A stretch of 64,000 nt of DNA from Terriglobia bacterium. Lineage in GTDB: Bacteria; Acidobacteriota; UBA6911. The stretch spans positions 60,405 through 124,404 of the forward strand of contig CAVTZY010000050.1 in assembly GCA_963739235.1 (NCBI GenBank), in the 5' to 3' direction. Under the pieces are notes generated by a model. It was not told the DNA's origin and did not search any database. It was given only the letters and a program-made list of their open reading frames with translations. The position numbers and the translations under genes were made by a program. Below, in pieces: positions 50,958 through 61,763 of the stretch. Positions within the stretch are counted from its first letter, which is position 1; every line of letters begins with the position of its first letter.

Positions 50958-53808
50958 ATGGATCTGACCGATTTTCACGCCAAATACTACGCGCACGAGC
51001 TGACCAGGAGACGCTCTGTCCGACAGCATGGAGAAGCTCGCCGGTGCGGTCGCAAGCGCGCAAGTGGACCTGAATCCCCATCAGGTGGACGCGGCTCTCT
51101 TCGCGTTTCATTCGCCACTTTCAAAAGGCGCGGTCCTGGCCGACGAGGTTGGTCTCGGAAAGACCATTGAGGCGGGGCTGGTCCTGTCCCAGAAGTGGGC
51201 GGAGCGAAAGCGGCGTGTTTTGGTAATTACCCCCGCCAATCTGCGCAAGCAATGGCACCAGGAACTGACCGAGAAATTCTTCCTGCCCTGCCGGATCCTG
51301 GAAACGAGGTCCTATAACGAAGCGATCCATGCCGGCAACTTCCGGCCATTCGAGCCGGCAGACGCCATCGTTATCTGTTCCTATCAGTTCGCCCGCGGCA
51401 AAGCCGCCGAGGTCGCCAACACACCCTGGGACCTCGTAGTAATCGATGAAGCTCATCGGCTGCGCAACGTTTACAAGCCTGCCAACGTCATTGCTAATAC
51501 GCTCAAGTTGGCGCTGAAGGAGCGCCACAAGCTTCTTCTTACCGCCACACCGCTGCAGAACTCGCTGCTCGAACTCTTCGGCTTGGTCAGCTTCATCGAC
51601 GAGCGCACCTTCGGCGATCTGAAGAGCTTCCGTGAGCAGTTTTCCAATCTGAGCCAGCAGCAGGTCTTCCAAACTCTCAAGGCGCGTCTCAAGCCGGTTT
51701 GTCATCGCACCTTGCGCCGGCAGGTGACCTCCTACATCCCATTCACCAGACGGATGCCCCTCGTTGAGGAGTTTACGCCGGAGGAAAGTGAAGATCGCCT
51801 GTACGACCTGGTCTCCGAATACTTGCGCCGTCCCAATCTTCAGGCGCTTCCGGCCGGCCAGCGCACGCTGATGACGCTAGTACTGCGCAAGTTGCTCGCG
51901 TCCTCGAGTTTCGCGATCGCCGGTGCGTTGAATTCCATCTCGAAAAGGCTCAAAGCCAAGCTGCGCGCTCAGGAACCGCCCGAAGCCCTGGACCAGGAAC
52001 TGGGCCAGGATTACGAAGCCCTGGACGCAACCGCCGAAGAATGGCAGGAAGAGCAATCCCCAGAGCCCCTCTCCGCAGCGGATCGCGCTGCCCTCGAGGC
52101 TGAAATCGCCGACCTGGACGACTTCGCCCTCCTTGCCACTTCCATCGAGCACAACGCCAAAGGCACGGCGCTGCTCAAAGCCCTGCACATCGCCATGGAC
52201 AAGGCGGCGGAACTGGGAGCGGAGCAGAAGGCGATCATCTTCACCGAATCACGCCGCACTCAAAGTTACCTGCTGCGCGTGCTTGCAGACAGCCCATGGG
52301 GGAAGGGCATCGCACTTTTCAACGGATCCAACACTGATGAGCGTTCGCGGGCCATCTATGCCGCCTGGTTGGACCGACATCGGGGCAGCGACCGCGTCAC
52401 TGGATCGCGCACTGCCGACATGCGTTCCGCCCTGGTCGATTATTTCCGTGAGCAAGGACAGATCATGATCGCCACCGAAGCCGGCGCGGAGGGCATCAAT
52501 CTCCAGTTCTGTTCGCTGGTGGTCAACTACGATCTGCCATGGAATCCGCAGCGTATCGAACAGAGGATCGGACGCTGCCATCGCTACGGTCAGAAGCACG
52601 ATGTGGTGGTGGTGAACTTCCTCAATCGGAAGAACGAAGCCGACCAGCGCGTCTTCCAGCTCCTCTCCGAAAAATTCAAGCTTTTTGAGGGCGTATTCGG
52701 GGCCAGCGACGAGGTGCTCGGCGCCATCGAGTCCGGGGTCGACTTCGAGAAGCGCATCAACGACATCTATCAGCGTTGCCGCAAGACCGAGGAGATCAGG
52801 AGCGCCTTCGACCAGCTGCAGCTCGAGCTGAGTTCCGAAATCAACGAAACCATGACTCAGACCCGCCGCAAGCTGCTGGAAAACTTCGACGATGAAGTCC
52901 GCGAAAAGCTGCGGGTGCAGGATGAAACCTCCAAGGCAGTTCTCAACCGTTTCGAACAACTCCTCATGCGTCTCACCCGTCACGAGCTGGACGGCCATGC
53001 GGAGTTTTTGAGTGATTCATCCTTCCGATTGCTCGCATCGCCCTTTGGCGGCGGGATTCCTCTCGGTCTCTACGAGCTGCCCCGGCGTTCGAGCGAGGCC
53101 CACACCTACCGCTTGAATCATCCGCTGGCCGAGGCTGTGGTCGCCCAGGCGAGGAGCCGCGAGCTGTCGCCCGCGGAAATTCAATTCGATTACGGCGAGT
53201 ACGAAGGCAAAATCAGCATTCTCGAAGACCTCCGTGGGCATAGCGGCTATCTTTCTCTATCTCTGTTCACGGTCGAGTCCCTCGATCAGGCGGAAGACCA
53301 TATAATTGTCGCCGCAGTCCTGGAGGGCGGGCAGCAGTTGGATGAAGAAGCCGCGCGCCGGCTTCTGTCGCTTCCGGGTCAGGTGCGCCATGGAGTATCG
53401 CCGGCAATACCCAATAATCTCGACGAAATTACCCAGCAGCGCCAGGCAGGGATTCAGAACGACATTTCCGCACGCAACGCCCGGTTATTTGAAGCGGAAG
53501 CAGAAAAACTCGAGAGCTGGGCAGATGATCTGAAACTTGGCCTGGAACGCGAGATCAAGGAGCTTGACCGGCAGATCAAGGAAGCGCGCCGCGCCGCCAC
53601 CGCAGCCCCAACTCTGGAGGAGAAGCTGGCCGGCCAAAAGCAGATCAAGGCGCTGGAATCCCAACGCAACGAAAAACGCCGCTCGCTGTTTGAAGCGCAG
53701 GACGAAGTCGACAAGCAGCGTGATCAGCTCATCGCGGATATAGAAGGCAAGCTTGGGCAGAGAACCTCATTATCCCGGCTGTTTGAAATCCAATGGAAGC
53801 TAAGATAA
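50958..53808 (+). CDS. SNF2/RapA-family helicase associated with type III R-M; frameshift near 51020
   Basis: LADEVGLGKT, DEAH, TATP, EAGAEGINLQ, DLPWNP..EQRIGR; coiled-coil C-terminus; N-terminus MDLTDFHAKYYAHEL in another frame. Confidence 0.9.
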
Positions 53809-53819
53809 CCGGAGGGCGT

Positions 53820-53996
53820 ATGGAGACACCATCGCGCAAGCTATCAGAAAAGATCATCGCCAGACTGGTTCACGAAGGGCTGCTGACGGAGAAGGAAGGC
53901 AAGAAAATGCTGCCAGATCTTGCCGAGGGGAAGTTGAAGCCGGAGGATTGGTATTTGCCCTTCGACGTCAGCGACGAGAAGGGAGCCAAGAAATGA
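53820..53996 (+). CDS. small hypothetical protein coupled to the downstream ATPase
   Basis: GGAGG RBS; stop overlaps the next ATG (ATGA). Confidence 0.65.
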   Translation: METPSRKLSEKIIARLVHEGLLTEKEGKKMLPDLAEGKLKPEDWYLPFDVSDEKGAKK

Positions 53997-56302
53997 GCGA
54001 TAGTGGGCTGAAACAACTCACGGTCGAACATCTTCGTGGTTCCGTCGTACCGTTTATACTGCCATTCGAGAAAGGTAAGAAGCTCACCATCATCTATGGC
54101 GAAAACGGGTCCGGCAAATCGACGATCTGCGATGCTTTCGAGTTTTTGGGGAAAGGCAAGGTTGGCTCTCTGGAAAATCGTGGATTGGGCAAGACCAATT
54201 CCTATTGGTGTTCGCTCGGCAAGAAATCCTCCGACGTTGCCGTCAGTCTACAAACCACGAGTGCCGCCTGCCGCGCAATTATCGGGAAGGGAGGCGTAGT
54301 CGCGATGCCGGCCGATGCGCGCCCATGCGTGGCGATCCTCCGCAAAACCCAGATCCAGTCCGTTATGCAGGCGACGCCGGCGGATCGCTACGCACTGATA
54401 AACCCGTTCATCGATATCAGCGGCATAGAAGCCTCCGAGGCGGCTCTCCGGCAGCTAATTCGTGACCTCAAAAATAGCCGACAGGTAGCGATCGCACGGG
54501 TTCAGGAAAACGAAGATACCATTCGACAATTCTGGGAGGCAGCTGGCAAACCGATCAGGGACCCATTTGCCTGGGCTACTGCCGAAGCCGGTCGCTCGAC
54601 TGAAATCTTCGACACCGAGATCGCCGCGCTTGGAGCACTCCACATAGCATATGGCCGCTTGTCAGACTACCCTGAACGTCTGAGGATCGCTGAAGACGCT
54701 CTGAGTAAGGCACATAGCTCTACACTCGCAGCCAAGAAGCGGGTTGAGGCATGTCTCCAGAGCATCTCGCAGGATGCGCAAGAAGTGGTAGGTGTCCTTG
54801 AAGCTGCACGAGCATACCTTGCCAAATACCCAACACCGACGATCTGCCCTCTCTGCGAAAGTCCGGAGAAGGTCGCAGGCTTGGCAGATCGAATTTCAGG
54901 GCGCCTCACTTCATTCTCCTCTCTCCAAACTGCCCAAGCTCAGGCGACCACTGCCGAGCATGTCGAGCAACGGGCCAAACAGCAATTGCAGATTTTGACG
55001 GAAGGTGCCAAGCAGTGCGCCGCTGATTTTGAAAAGGTCCGTGCTGAGCACGGTTGGCCGACTGATGTTATGCTTCCCTCCTCATCTGCTCCTCATGACA
55101 GTGCCTCGTTAAAAATGTGGTTGGATGCTTCAGGCAAACTGCCAGACCAGTGGAAAAAGGCTGAGGCCACCCGACATGATAAGAAGCAGTTCGTCAGCAC
55201 GCTTAAGACCGCTCTGAAAACCTGGGAGGACAACACCAAGGCGCAGAGGGACCTCGACCGCTTGCTTCCGCGCCTGGAAAAGGCCCTTGAGATTGTGGAG
55301 GACGAGCGGCGGCTCTTTACTGACAGTATCCTGGCCCAAATCGCCGGGGAGGTAGGACGCCTTTATGAAGCCGTTCATCCGGGTGAGGGGCTTAACAAGA
55401 TTAGCCTTGAGCTTGATCCTAACAAGCGTGCATCACTGGAGATCAATGCCAGTTTCTGTGGCAAGAGCACGCGTCCTCAGGCATATTTCAGCGACTCTCA
55501 TCTTGACACGTTAGGTTTGTGCATCTTTCTTGCGCTTTCCGCCATGGATCAGCAGGAAGGCACGATTCTGGTTTTGGATGATGTGCTTGCAAGCGTGGAC
55601 GAACCTCACGTCGAGCGCCTCATCGAAATGCTCTACTCTGAGGCGATAAAGTTCCGACACTGCATCATCACGACTCATTACCGTCCCTGGAAACAGAAAT
55701 TGCGTTGGGGCTGGCTCCAAAATGGGCAGTGCCAGTTCGTGGAACTCGCGAAGTGGACGCCCTCAAGCGGGCTGACGCACATTCGTAGCATCCCTGACAT
55801 TCAGCGCCTCAGGGACCTTCTTGCAGAATCACCTCCGGACCCTCAGTTGGTATGCGCCAAAGCAGGGGTCATTCTTGAGGCGGCTCTCGATTTTCTTACT
55901 CTGACCTACGAATGCTCCGTGCCTCGGCGCCAGGGCAGTCTCTACACTTTGGGTGACCTTTTGCCGGCTGTTGATAAAAAACTCCGGCAGGCACTCAGAA
56001 TTGAAGTGCTGACGGGCAAAGATGCCATCGGCGCGGCGACATACAAATCAGTGAACTTGGTGCACTTGTTGGACGAACTGACACGGATTGCTCAAGCGAG
56101 GAACGTGTTCGGTTGCCACTTTAATGAACTGTCGTTCGATATGCTCGATGCTGATGCCACCGCCTTCGGGGAGCAGGTTCTCGAGCTGATGGACGTGCTG
56201 ACCGATGATGAGGCCGGTTGGCCTAGAAATAGCAAGTCAGGCCAATACTGGGCGACCGCGGGCGAAACGCGTAAACTGTACCCGTTCAAGAAGCCTTCAT
56301 AA
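53993..56302 (+). CDS. Rad50/SMC-like ABC ATPase with zinc hook and a putative C-terminal HEPN domain (RloC-like)
   Basis: Walker A GENGSGKST, CPLC, signature FSDSH, Walker B VLDDV, TTH; C-terminal VILE helix and RNVFGCH (Rx5H). Confidence 0.75.
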   Translation: MSDSGLKQLTVEHLRGSVVPFILPFEKGKKLTIIYGENGSGKSTICDAFEFLGKGKVGSLENRGLGKTNSYWCSLGKKSSDVAVSLQTTSAACRAIIGKGGVVAMPADARPCVAILRKTQIQSVMQATPADRYALINPFIDISGIEASEAALRQLIRDLKNSRQVAIARVQENEDTIRQFWEAAGKPIRDPFAWATAEAGRSTEIFDTEIAALGALHIAYGRLSDYPERLRIAEDALSKAHSSTLAAKKRVEACLQSISQDAQEVVGVLEAARAYLAKYPTPTICPLCESPEKVAGLADRISGRLTSFSSLQTAQAQATTAEHVEQRAKQQLQILTEGAKQCAADFEKVRAEHGWPTDVMLPSSSAPHDSASLKMWLDASGKLPDQWKKAEATRHDKKQFVSTLKTALKTWEDNTKAQRDLDRLLPRLEKALEIVEDERRLFTDSILAQIAGEVGRLYEAVHPGEGLNKISLELDPNKRASLEINASFCGKSTRPQAYFSDSHLDTLGLCIFLALSAMDQQEGTILVLDDVLASVDEPHVERLIEMLYSEAIKFRHCIITTHYRPWKQKLRWGWLQNGQCQFVELAKWTPSSGLTHIRSIPDIQRLRDLLAESPPDPQLVCAKAGVILEAALDFLTLTYECSVPRRQGSLYTLGDLLPAVDKKLRQALRIEVLTGKDAIGAATYKSVNLVHLLDELTRIAQARNVFGCHFNELSFDMLDADATAFGEQVLELMDVLTDDEAGWPRNSKSGQYWATAGETRKLYPFKKPS

Positions 56303-56360
56303 AACGATTGCAGCAATGAATTGAACGAACCGAGTTGCCTCTTTGAGAGGGGAACACACC

Positions 56361-58016
56361 GTGAAACTCATTTCTGAGGTAACTATTGACCATTTCCGTT
56401 CGATCCGATCTGGCACAATCGGTGACTTGGGCCATTTCACGGCCTTCGCCGGACTGAACAACTCGGGCAAATCCAATGTGCTTCGAGGGCTACATGTATT
56501 CTTCTCCGATCAGACGGATATCGGCGTTGATTTCAATTTCTCCCGCGACTATTATTGCCATGACTTCAAAGCTAAGAAGGCCAAACGAATTAGCATAAGC
56601 GTTAAGTTTGACCTTCCGGCGTCCTTCAAGTTTCGCAAGGGCCTTCAAGCTGTCGAGAGCTTGTTGGGCCGATCATTTACACTGCGCAAGACATGGATGC
56701 GCGACAGTCCGCTTCCGATTTATTACCTCAATTCTTCTGGAGCCGCACTTGGCCATGAACAAAGGTCGCTAATTGACCAGTTTCTTTCTCTCATCACATT
56801 CCGCTATATACCTAACCGCGTACTTCCTCTGGATATCATCCGTGACGAGCACCGTGCGCTGAGAGATGTCCTGGTCCGAAGACTCGCAAAAAAGGCTAAA
56901 AGCAAAGAAGACGTATTCCGTTCGATCGGGGAGACATCTGCCACGCTTATCAAGAGCCTCCAATCCTCCATTCATGAAGCTTGTCCCGAAATTGGTTCCA
57001 TCAGATTAGCGACTCCAACGTCCTGGCAAGATCTTATTTTTGCATTTGGATATAAACTGAAAATGAACGAGTCGGAACTGGACGATTCCGCGCAAGGCTC
57101 TGGTATCCAGAGTTTCTTGATGCTCGAGACGCTCTCGTTGATTGATCGCGACTATTTCCAAAAATTCGGATGGAAGCAGGCGGCCATCTGGGCAGTTGAG
57201 GAACCGGAATCCTCGCTACACACTTCCCTGGAAGCACGCGTGGCGGCATATCTGGCCAGTCTGGCGAACGAATCAGGAAGCCGCCTGCAGATTCTAGGCA
57301 CAACCCATTCCGATTTAATGCTTCAGAGTGCTGACCGTACTGTATTTGTCAACATGTTGCGCGGGGAGTCGTCATTCGCCGTAACAGATAAGCGCGCCGT
57401 GCTCCAGGAGGCTGCAAAACTGGGCATTTCTCGATGGACCCACCCAATTCATTGCAATCCTCTCCAGCCTCTTATCCTTGTGGAGGGGAAATTTGACTGT
57501 GCATTTATTGAAGCGGCGCTGAAAATCATCGCTCCGTCAAAGGAGATCATAGTTTCATACCTTGAGCAGCTGCAAGGAGGCGGAGCGACCGGAGGGGTAG
57601 AAGCATTGCTGCAATACATCCGGGCCAACGCAGCCGCTATCAAAGCACGGGTCAAGGATGCCCCCGTTATCATTCTCTTAGATTGGGATGCGGAAAAGAA
57701 GGGGCCTGAATTCATGAAGCCCTTCGCCCCTTCAGACCCCTGCAAAGTTCTAGTTTGGCCCGACACGGCATTCAACCCTAAATTGGGCAAGGCATTTCGT
57801 GGCATCGAGCGCCATATGTCGGATCGTATTATTGACCGCGCAGAATCCGTCGCGAGAGTTTTAGGGAAAAAGCGTGATGGATCAAGAACGGTATCTCAGG
57901 GCGATTACGGCGCATTCAAGGAAGAAGTCTTCAAAGTTGTGAAGAAAGAATTGAAAGCCAAAGATCTGCAATACGCCAAGGCATTCCTTGAAAATCTGCT
58001 CAGCCTGATGCCTTGA
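56361..58016 (+). CDS. OLD-family ATP-dependent nuclease (ABC ATPase + TOPRIM)
   Basis: GLNNSGKSN, QGSGIQ, VEEPESSLH, TTHS; TOPRIM ILVEGKFD and LLDWD. Confidence 0.82.
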   Translation: MKLISEVTIDHFRSIRSGTIGDLGHFTAFAGLNNSGKSNVLRGLHVFFSDQTDIGVDFNFSRDYYCHDFKAKKAKRISISVKFDLPASFKFRKGLQAVESLLGRSFTLRKTWMRDSPLPIYYLNSSGAALGHEQRSLIDQFLSLITFRYIPNRVLPLDIIRDEHRALRDVLVRRLAKKAKSKEDVFRSIGETSATLIKSLQSSIHEACPEIGSIRLATPTSWQDLIFAFGYKLKMNESELDDSAQGSGIQSFLMLETLSLIDRDYFQKFGWKQAAIWAVEEPESSLHTSLEARVAAYLASLANESGSRLQILGTTHSDLMLQSADRTVFVNMLRGESSFAVTDKRAVLQEAAKLGISRWTHPIHCNPLQPLILVEGKFDCAFIEAALKIIAPSKEIIVSYLEQLQGGGATGGVEALLQYIRANAAAIKARVKDAPVIILLDWDAEKKGPEFMKPFAPSDPCKVLVWPDTAFNPKLGKAFRGIERHMSDRIIDRAESVARVLGKKRDGSRTVSQGDYGAFKEEVFKVVKKELKAKDLQYAKAFLENLLSLMP

Positions 58017-58027
58017 GGGGTATGTGC

Positions 58028-59660
58028 ATGCCGAAGACAAAATTGGAATTGACATGGATTGGGAAGGAGAACAGGCCCAGGCTTGAGCCGCGCATCCTAC
58101 TTGAGGATACGGTGAAGTCCTACCACGCGCCGCACAGGGTGACTCAGCACGATCTGTTCGATAACCGCCTCATTTTCGGAGATAATCTCCTTGCTCTCAA
58201 AGCGCTCGAACAGGAATGTGCTGCCAAAATAAAGTGTATCTTTATCGACCCACCCTATAATACGGGGAGTGCCTTCACTCATTACGATGACGGAGTCGAA
58301 CATTCTCTGTGGCTCTCACTGATGAGAGATCGCCTTGAACTGCTTCGGCGGCTGCTCAGGAATGATGGGTCGATTTGGATTACCATCGACGATAATGAAG
58401 CTCACTATCTGAAAGTAATATGTGATGAGATTTTTGGGCGCGCAAATTTCGTTGCGACGTGCGTGTGGGAGAAAGATAAGGGCGGACGTGGCGACGCCGA
58501 TATATCCTTGACGCACGACAACATTCTCGTGTTTGCCTCGAGATCGTGCCATATGGTCCGAAGCACGTAACCTCATGCCGCGTACTGATACGCAGCTGGC
58601 GCGATTCAAGAACCCTGACAATGATCCACGGGGACCCTGGCGGCAAGGGGATGACGGCACGGCTAAGAGCGGAACTGAAAAGCAACGATTTCCGATTACA
58701 CTACCATCTGGGCGTGTAGTGATACCACCGCCAGGTAGGTATTGGGCATTTTCACCGGAAAATCTCGAGAAGGCAAGGACCGAAGGGCGCGCATATTTTG
58801 GTGCGGATGGTGATCGTCTGCCTATCATCAAGCGCTATTTGAGCGAGGTGCGGGAAGGGGTTGCCCCCCGAACCTGGTGGTCTGCCGAGGAGGTGGGAAC
58901 GAATCAGGCAGCCAAGAGAGATCATCTCAATAAGTTGCTGAATAACGTCGATCCGTTCGAGACGCCAAAGCCAGAAGGATTGCTACAGCGGATCATACAT
59001 ATTGCGACTAATCCTGGAGACTGGGTCCTTGATTCCTTCGCGGGATCCGGCACCACGGGCGCGGTGGCGCACAAGATGGGACGGCGCTGGATCATGGTGG
59101 AACTAGGCGAACATTGCCACACCCATATCATCCCGCGGCTGAAGAAGGTGATCGATGGAGACGATCCCGGCGGCATCACAGAGGCAGTGAACTGGAAGGG
59201 CGGCGGCGGGTTCCGTTACTACCGGCTCGCGCCGTCACTGCTGGAGAAGGACAAGTGGGGCAACTGGGTCATCAGCAAGGAATTCAATGCCGCGATGCTG
59301 GCCGAGGCCGTGTGCAAGCTGGAGGGCTTCGTCTATGCGCCGAGCGACACGGTCTATTGGCAGCAGGGCCATTCCACGGAGCGGGATTTCATCTACGTGA
59401 CCACGGCCAATCTGAGCCACGACCAACTCCTGCAGCTGAGCGACGAGGTGGGCGGGGAGCGCTCGCTGCTGGTGGTGTGCACCGCCTTCCGCGGCCGCAA
59501 GGAGGGCTACGCGAACCTGACGGTGAAGAAGATTCCAAAGGCAGTCCTCTCGCGCTGCGAATGGGGCAAGGACGATTACAGCCTCAAGGTGGAGAACCTG
59601 CCCAAGGCGCCGCCCAAACCGGGTCAGCGGAACCTGTTCGGCGAGGATGCGGAGTCATGA
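58028..59660 (+). CDS. mod: type III restriction-modification methyltransferase Mod; frameshift near 58540
   Basis: KLELTWIGK, GDNLLALKAL, IDPPYNTG, TPKPEGLL, DSFAGSGTT. Confidence 0.9.
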
Positions 59661-61042
59661 AGCACAAATCCAAGCAACCTTCGAAGGCTTCCCCGGTCTA
59701 CAGACGCATCCGCCAAATTCTCGAATCGGCCAGGACAACCGTCGCCCGCTCCGTCAACACCACGCAAGTGGTGGCAAACTGGCTGATCGGCCGCGAGATT
59801 GTAGAGGAAGAACAGAAGGGAAAGAAGCACGCCGGATACGGAGAGGAACTGATTGCGAAGCTTGCTCGGCAGTTTAGGGCCGATGGAATCCCCGGCTATT
59901 CTGCTCAAAACCTCCGCTATCTGCGCCAATTCTATCTGGTTTACCCTGAACTCCCATCCCCGGGAATTTGCCACGCACTGCGTGGCAAATCTGGAATTGG
60001 TCATGCATCAGGAGAGGGAATTCACCACGCAGTGCGTGGTGAATTGGTCGGGTCACTGGACCCAGCCGCGATTCTTTACGCATCGCGTAAGGAATTCAAA
60101 AAGCAAGTCCCGGGGCAAAAACTCCACGCGGTGCGTGGAAAATTGTCAGAGGCATTTATCGTGCCTGAGATTCCGCACGCACTGCGTGCGGAATTGAATG
60201 CAGAGACAATTTCCGCCGCACTGGGTCAGAAAAGTATCTCGGGCGATTCATCCACAATTGGTCACGCACTGCGTGGCCAATCCTGGACACCCGGGCAACT
60301 CCATCCGAATCTCTCCTGGACCCACTACCGTACCCTCCTTCGGGTGGACAAGGCCGAAGCCCGCGCCTTTTACGAGATCGAGGCTATAAAAAACAACTGG
60401 TCGGCCCGTGAACTGGAGCGGCAGATCAACAGTCTGCTTTACGAACGCCTGGCGCTGAGCAAGGACAAGATGGGATTGATGAAGCTGGCCACAAAGGGAC
60501 ATGAGGTCCAGACACCTGCCGATGTCTTTAAGGATCCGGTAGTCATTGAGTTCTTGGGACTGCCCGAATCGCCCAAGCTGGTCGAGTCGGCACTCGAGGA
60601 GGCGTTGATCTCAAACCTGCAAGCGTTCCTTCTCGAAATGGGCAAGGGATTCGCCTTCGTCGCGCGCCAGGAACGGCTCACGCTGGACGGGGATCATTTC
60701 TACATTGACCTCGTGTTCTACCACACAATTCTCAAGTGTTACGTGCTCATCGATCTCAAGACGGGCAAGCTGACGCACCAGGATCTCGGGCAGCTCCAGT
60801 TGTATGTCAACTATTACGATCGCGAGCGCAGAACCACTGGCGACAATCCAACCCTGGGCTTGATCCTATGCACCGACAAGAATGACGCGGTGGTTCGGTA
60901 CACGCTCGGAGCGGATCAGCAGAAAGCCATCTTCGCCAGCCGGTACAAACTGCATTTGCCCACGGAAGCGGAACTCCGCGCGGAAATTCGGCGTGAAATC
61001 AAGGCGCTCTCAGGACAGATCAAGACTGGGGACGGGCAATGA
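59657..61042 (+). CDS. YhcG/DUF1016 PD-(D/E)XK nuclease-domain protein with an expanded internal repeat
   Basis: NWLIGREIVEEEQ.G..AGYG, LSWTHY, WSARELERQI, FKDP..EFL, FYIDLVFYH, IDLK, GQLQLY. Confidence 0.92.
   Translation: MKHKSKQPSKASPVYRRIRQILESARTTVARSVNTTQVVANWLIGREIVEEEQKGKKHAGYGEELIAKLARQFRADGIPGYSAQNLRYLRQFYLVYPELPSPGICHALRGKSGIGHASGEGIHHAVRGELVGSLDPAAILYASRKEFKKQVPGQKLHAVRGKLSEAFIVPEIPHALRAELNAETISAALGQKSISGDSSTIGHALRGQSWTPGQLHPNLSWTHYRTLLRVDKAEARAFYEIEAIKNNWSARELERQINSLLYERLALSKDKMGLMKLATKGHEVQTPADVFKDPVVIEFLGLPESPKLVESALEEALISNLQAFLLEMGKGFAFVARQERLTLDGDHFYIDLVFYHTILKCYVLIDLKTGKLTHQDLGQLQLYVNYYDRERRTTGDNPTLGLILCTDKNDAVVRYTLGADQQKAIFASRYKLHLPTEAELRAEIRREIKALSGQIKTGDGQ
59966..60281. 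repeat. seven intragenic palindromes centred on CACGCA-n-TGCGTG at 39-54 bp spacing
   Basis: e.g. ATTTGCCACGCA-C-TGCGTGGCAAAT, AATTCACCACGCA-G-TGCGTGGTGAATT, ATTCCGCACGCA-C-TGCGTGCGGAAT. Confidence 0.85.
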
Positions 61043-61581
61043 AGCGCGGCATGCGCAAGAAGGCTGGGAAGCGGATCGTGATTATTGCCGGGCCAAATGG
61101 CGCGGGCAAAACAACACTTGCGATCGAGTTCCTACCCAACGAGGCTGGCTGTCCGGTTTTTGTGAATGCCGACCTGATTGCCGCCGGGCTTTCGCCTTTC
61201 GCTCCGGAGCTGGCGTCGGTAAAGGCTGGACGGTTAATGCTGGAAGCTATTGCGGAGCACGAAGCAAAAGGCGAGAGCTTTGCTTTCGAAACCACCCTCT
61301 CGGGACGCATCTATGCCCGGCGCATTCGTCGCTGGCAGGCGGCGGGATATCACGTCACATTGATATTCCTGGCTTTACTTTCACCTGAATTTGCGATAGC
61401 CCGGGTCAAGGAGCGAGTCCGTCAAGGCGGGCACGATGTGCCTGAGTTTGAAATACGCCGACGTTTTAATGCCGGTCTGCGCAATTTTCAAAATGTTTAT
61501 CGCGACCTGGTGGATGCCTGGTCGTACTACGACAATTCGGGCACGAAGCCCGTTTTACTGGACTGGGGAGAAAAGCCATGA
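61039..61581 (+). CDS. zeta-toxin-like / AAA_33 P-loop kinase
   Basis: IAGPNGAGKTT, FVNADLIA, FETTLSG, RVRQGGHDVP, DNS. Confidence 0.85.
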   Translation: MKRGMRKKAGKRIVIIAGPNGAGKTTLAIEFLPNEAGCPVFVNADLIAAGLSPFAPELASVKAGRLMLEAIAEHEAKGESFAFETTLSGRIYARRIRRWQAAGYHVTLIFLALLSPEFAIARVKERVRQGGHDVPEFEIRRRFNAGLRNFQNVYRDLVDAWSYYDNSGTKPVLLDWGEKP

Positions 61582-61763
61582 ATCCGAAACCGATCGAACA
61601 GGCCCATGATCCGGTTCTGCGCGGGGCTACGTCGGCGCTGAGGCGCGCGGCAAAGCGCGCGCGCCTCGAGGCCGAACGGACTGGAACGTGCCTGATTATC
61701 GCGCGCGGCAAGGGTTGGGTCAGGGTTCCCCCAAAACCGCGGTCAGGATCAACCAAACCATGA
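61578..61763 (+). CDS. small partner protein of the zeta-like kinase
   Basis: ALRRAAKRARLEAERTGT; ATGA overlaps on both sides. Confidence 0.65.
   Translation: MNPKPIEQAHDPVLRGATSALRRAAKRARLEAERTGTCLIIARGKGWVRVPPKPRSGSTKP

Noticed and set aside
59114-59656. N-terminal extension of the 642-aa ORF 59114..61042
   Set aside because: It overlaps mod in another frame; the plausible start is ATG 59657, overlapping the mod stop
59966-60281. CRISPR array (palindromic repeats at about 50-bp spacing)
   Set aside because: Repeats are non-identical, lie in frame within an intact gene, and no cas genes or leader are present
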